This document shows positions 61,853 through 64,000 of a DNA stretch of 64,000 nt, one piece after another. The stretch lies in IMG/VR virus record IMGVR_UViG_3300010048_000002, positions 5,617 to 69,616 of that record, one strand, 5' to 3'. The translations under genes were made by a program, and so were the position numbers. How positions within the stretch are numbered: position 1 is the stretch's first letter; every line of letters begins with the position of its first letter. The notes beneath the pieces were generated by a model that was not told the DNA's origin, made no database searches, and saw nothing but the letters and a program-made list of their open reading frames with translations. This DNA comes from a virus. Taxonomy: Duplodnaviria; Caudoviricetes.

Positions 61853-63709
61853 CTAGTCTGATTGTTGTTTCTTCAGCCTGTCGTATAGACTTTTGAGCTG
61901 CGCCTTCGCAGTTTTTTCGCGTGTTGCGGCGAAGGTGTCGTCTAGGCGCTCGTCGACGGCACCGATGACTGTCTCAAAAGTGGCCAGTTTCGACAGAAGC
62001 GTCTTCGCTAGCAGCTCGTCGACGGAGCCTCTAGCCAGGGGAAAGATGAATTGCGTGGGGGCCTCTTGCCCCGGCCTGTGCATACGCGCCATCGTCTGGA
62101 GAATCTCATGGGGCTCCCACGTCAGCTCGGCGTAGACGCCGACACTTGCCCGGGTAAGCGAGATGCCTCCCGCTGTCACGTCGATGTTGGCACACAAGAC
62201 GCGCCAGTTGGCGGCGATGCGCCGTTGGCGCTCCTTGAGGCTAACGGCACCGTGGATGAAAGTGGTAGGGCCGGCGGCGGCGGCAGCAAGCGCCTCAGCG
62301 AGGTACTCACAGACACTTCGCCGCCAGCAGAATACGACCACACGACTGCCGGAGTCGACATGCGTCTTCACCAACTCGACGATGTGCGGCAGCTTGCCGT
62401 CGGCCGCTAAGTCCAGCGCACGCCGTAGTGCTTTCTCCGACACTTGCTTGTCGCCGAGAATGCTCTTGGGGGGTGCGATGAACCCCCGTTTGACGTTCAC
62501 CATGAAGGCCTGCATGGTGCGCGGGGGCAGCTCCAGGCCAACGTCTTTCTTCGTACGGCGCAGCATGAAGTATGAGAGGCGCTTGTTCAACTCCTCGAGA
62601 TTGCTGGCGCCGTCGAAGCGCCACACTGTCTTAGGCAACTTGCTGCCCCTCTGTGGTACCTCCTCCTGCTTGCCGTCGGCGTAGCGCACACCGAAGCTGA
62701 AGAACTTACCAAACCTCCCTAGGCTAATGGTGTCGACGAGACTCCACAAGTCACGGGGGCGATTGGTGAGGGGGGTACCTGTGAGGGCGATTCTGTACTT
62801 ACAGCCTGCGGCTATGCTAGCCATCGCCTTGGTGCGCTCTGACTTGCTGTTGGAGATGTAGTGGGCTTCGTCGGCGATGAGCGTCTTGACGGCGCCGGTG
62901 AGGTGGGGGGCCCAGGCGTGGAGGATGGAGTAGTTACACACAGTAAGCGGCACAGACGGCAGCGCCGCCGGGAGGTACTCGAGGCCGAGACGTTTGCGCT
63001 CCTCGACAGACCACTTAGTCTCTGCGAAGATCTCGGCGTCGTCCATCGTCCGGAACAAGTCGGCATGGTACCATGCCGTGGTCCACCCGTCAGGGCGCCA
63101 ATACCACTGTCTTTCCTTGCCATCGTTTTTGGCTATGACCCACGGCCCCGCCTTAGTGCCCTCCAGCACTCGCGGGGGCCACGCGTCGCACCACCACTTG
63201 CGCGTCTCGGAAGACTCGTCGTCGCCCCAGATGCCGGTGACGAAGGCGGGGCACACGACAAGCGTCGGTTCCTTGAACGCCCTAGCGGCGCGCAATGCGA
63301 CGAGACTTTTTCCGAGCCCCATGTCATCCGCCAAGAGGGCGCCTTCGTCGGCGTGCGTGACGAGGAAGTCTATGGCTACGCGCTGGTAGTCACGTGCGCT
63401 GTCATAGCTTGCGACGAAGCGAGTAACGGCGTCGTTGGGGATGTGCGGGGGCGTCTCGCCAATCAGTCTGATGCCTTTGGCAGTCAGCGCTGCGGCACAA
63501 GTCGCCACAGCGTCGCGCATCCCCTCCCACCGGCGCTCGTCGGCATTCCACGTAAGGCCGGGGGTCTCACGGGCGGCGATGTACAGCGCTTTGCTGTAGG
63601 CATCGCTCTTGAGCGCGAATAGCCCCTCCGGCTCTTTGAGGATGCGGATGCTCACGTGCGTGAGGCGTGTCGCAACGCCCTCTCGGTCAGATCGCGCACC
63701 AATCGCCAC
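61853..63709 (-). CDS. SNF2-family helicase
   Basis: LLADDMGLGKS, IADEAH, ALTGTP, RRTK, ARMHRPGQ. Confidence 0.9.
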   Translation of the reverse strand: MAIGARSDREGVATRLTHVSIRILKEPEGLFALKSDAYSKALYIAARETPGLTWNADERRWEGMRDAVATCAAALTAKGIRLIGETPPHIPNDAVTRFVASYDSARDYQRVAIDFLVTHADEGALLADDMGLGKSLVALRAARAFKEPTLVVCPAFVTGIWGDDESSETRKWWCDAWPPRVLEGTKAGPWVIAKNDGKERQWYWRPDGWTTAWYHADLFRTMDDAEIFAETKWSVEERKRLGLEYLPAALPSVPLTVCNYSILHAWAPHLTGAVKTLIADEAHYISNSKSERTKAMASIAAGCKYRIALTGTPLTNRPRDLWSLVDTISLGRFGKFFSFGVRYADGKQEEVPQRGSKLPKTVWRFDGASNLEELNKRLSYFMLRRTKKDVGLELPPRTMQAFMVNVKRGFIAPPKSILGDKQVSEKALRRALDLAADGKLPHIVELVKTHVDSGSRVVVFCWRRSVCEYLAEALAAAAAGPTTFIHGAVSLKERQRRIAANWRVLCANIDVTAGGISLTRASVGVYAELTWEPHEILQTMARMHRPGQEAPTQFIFPLARGSVDELLAKTLLSKLATFETVIGAVDERLDDTFAATREKTAKAQLKSLYDRLKKQQSD

Positions 63710-64000
63710 GGCTCGAACATATTCGCATTCTCCGATGCGCTGCGCACTTCGGCAATCTTGCCGATGGCCTCGAGCGTGTCGCAGAGATCCGCCGAGGCTT
63801 CGATGGCGGCGTGCCGAAGCCTCTCACACTCCCCCATGCGCTCACGTAGATCACGGTTCTCGAGCTGAAGTCTTTCGAGGCGGAGGCGCATCGGTTCCGC
63901 CTTCGGCATGCGTGGCGTACGTGACTTCATCGTGGCGCCTCCGGCGGCGTCGGCGGCGGCTGCGTATACTCCTCCGGCAGTCGCTCTCCCTTCTGGTCGA

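Overview
The whole 64 kb reads as one GC-rich virus or plasmid-like prophage, with no host housekeeping genes. The host is probably Myxococcota (Polyangiales-like), inferred only from DAG/DGG-rich lipoproteins, KGG proteins and GC content. Layout: early hypothetical genes (1-3.9 kb); a non-coding region and a tyrosine recombinase (4-6 kb); accessory genes including GroES and KGG (6-12 kb); a virion block (12.5-28 kb); nucleotide metabolism and replication genes (28-42.5 kb); lysis and virion enzymes (42.6-47.5 kb); a Cas4-like nuclease and VapE; and spike-like genes (52-57.5 kb). The virion block has many membrane-anchored proteins, an Arg-rich core-like protein, a putative major capsid protein and a transglutaminase-like protease. 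I recognised no terminase, portal or tail tube, which suggests a tailless membrane-containing virion. The replication block includes JAB/RadC, DUF5664, MazG-like, ThyX, Dam, a UDG-PolA fusion with an intein, an SSB-like protein and an AAA ATPase. The standout is a stand-alone type V-M (Cas12m-like) effector with a degenerate RuvC (58072-59868), followed 19 nt later by a 6-repeat mini-array with no cas1/cas2. Two of its five spacers match this element's own virion genes perfectly over 35/35 nt (15389-15423 and 24451-24485), and both guides are antisense to the target mRNA. This suggests an RNA-guided self-repressor of virion genes. All family calls are motif recognition by eye; no database search was run.
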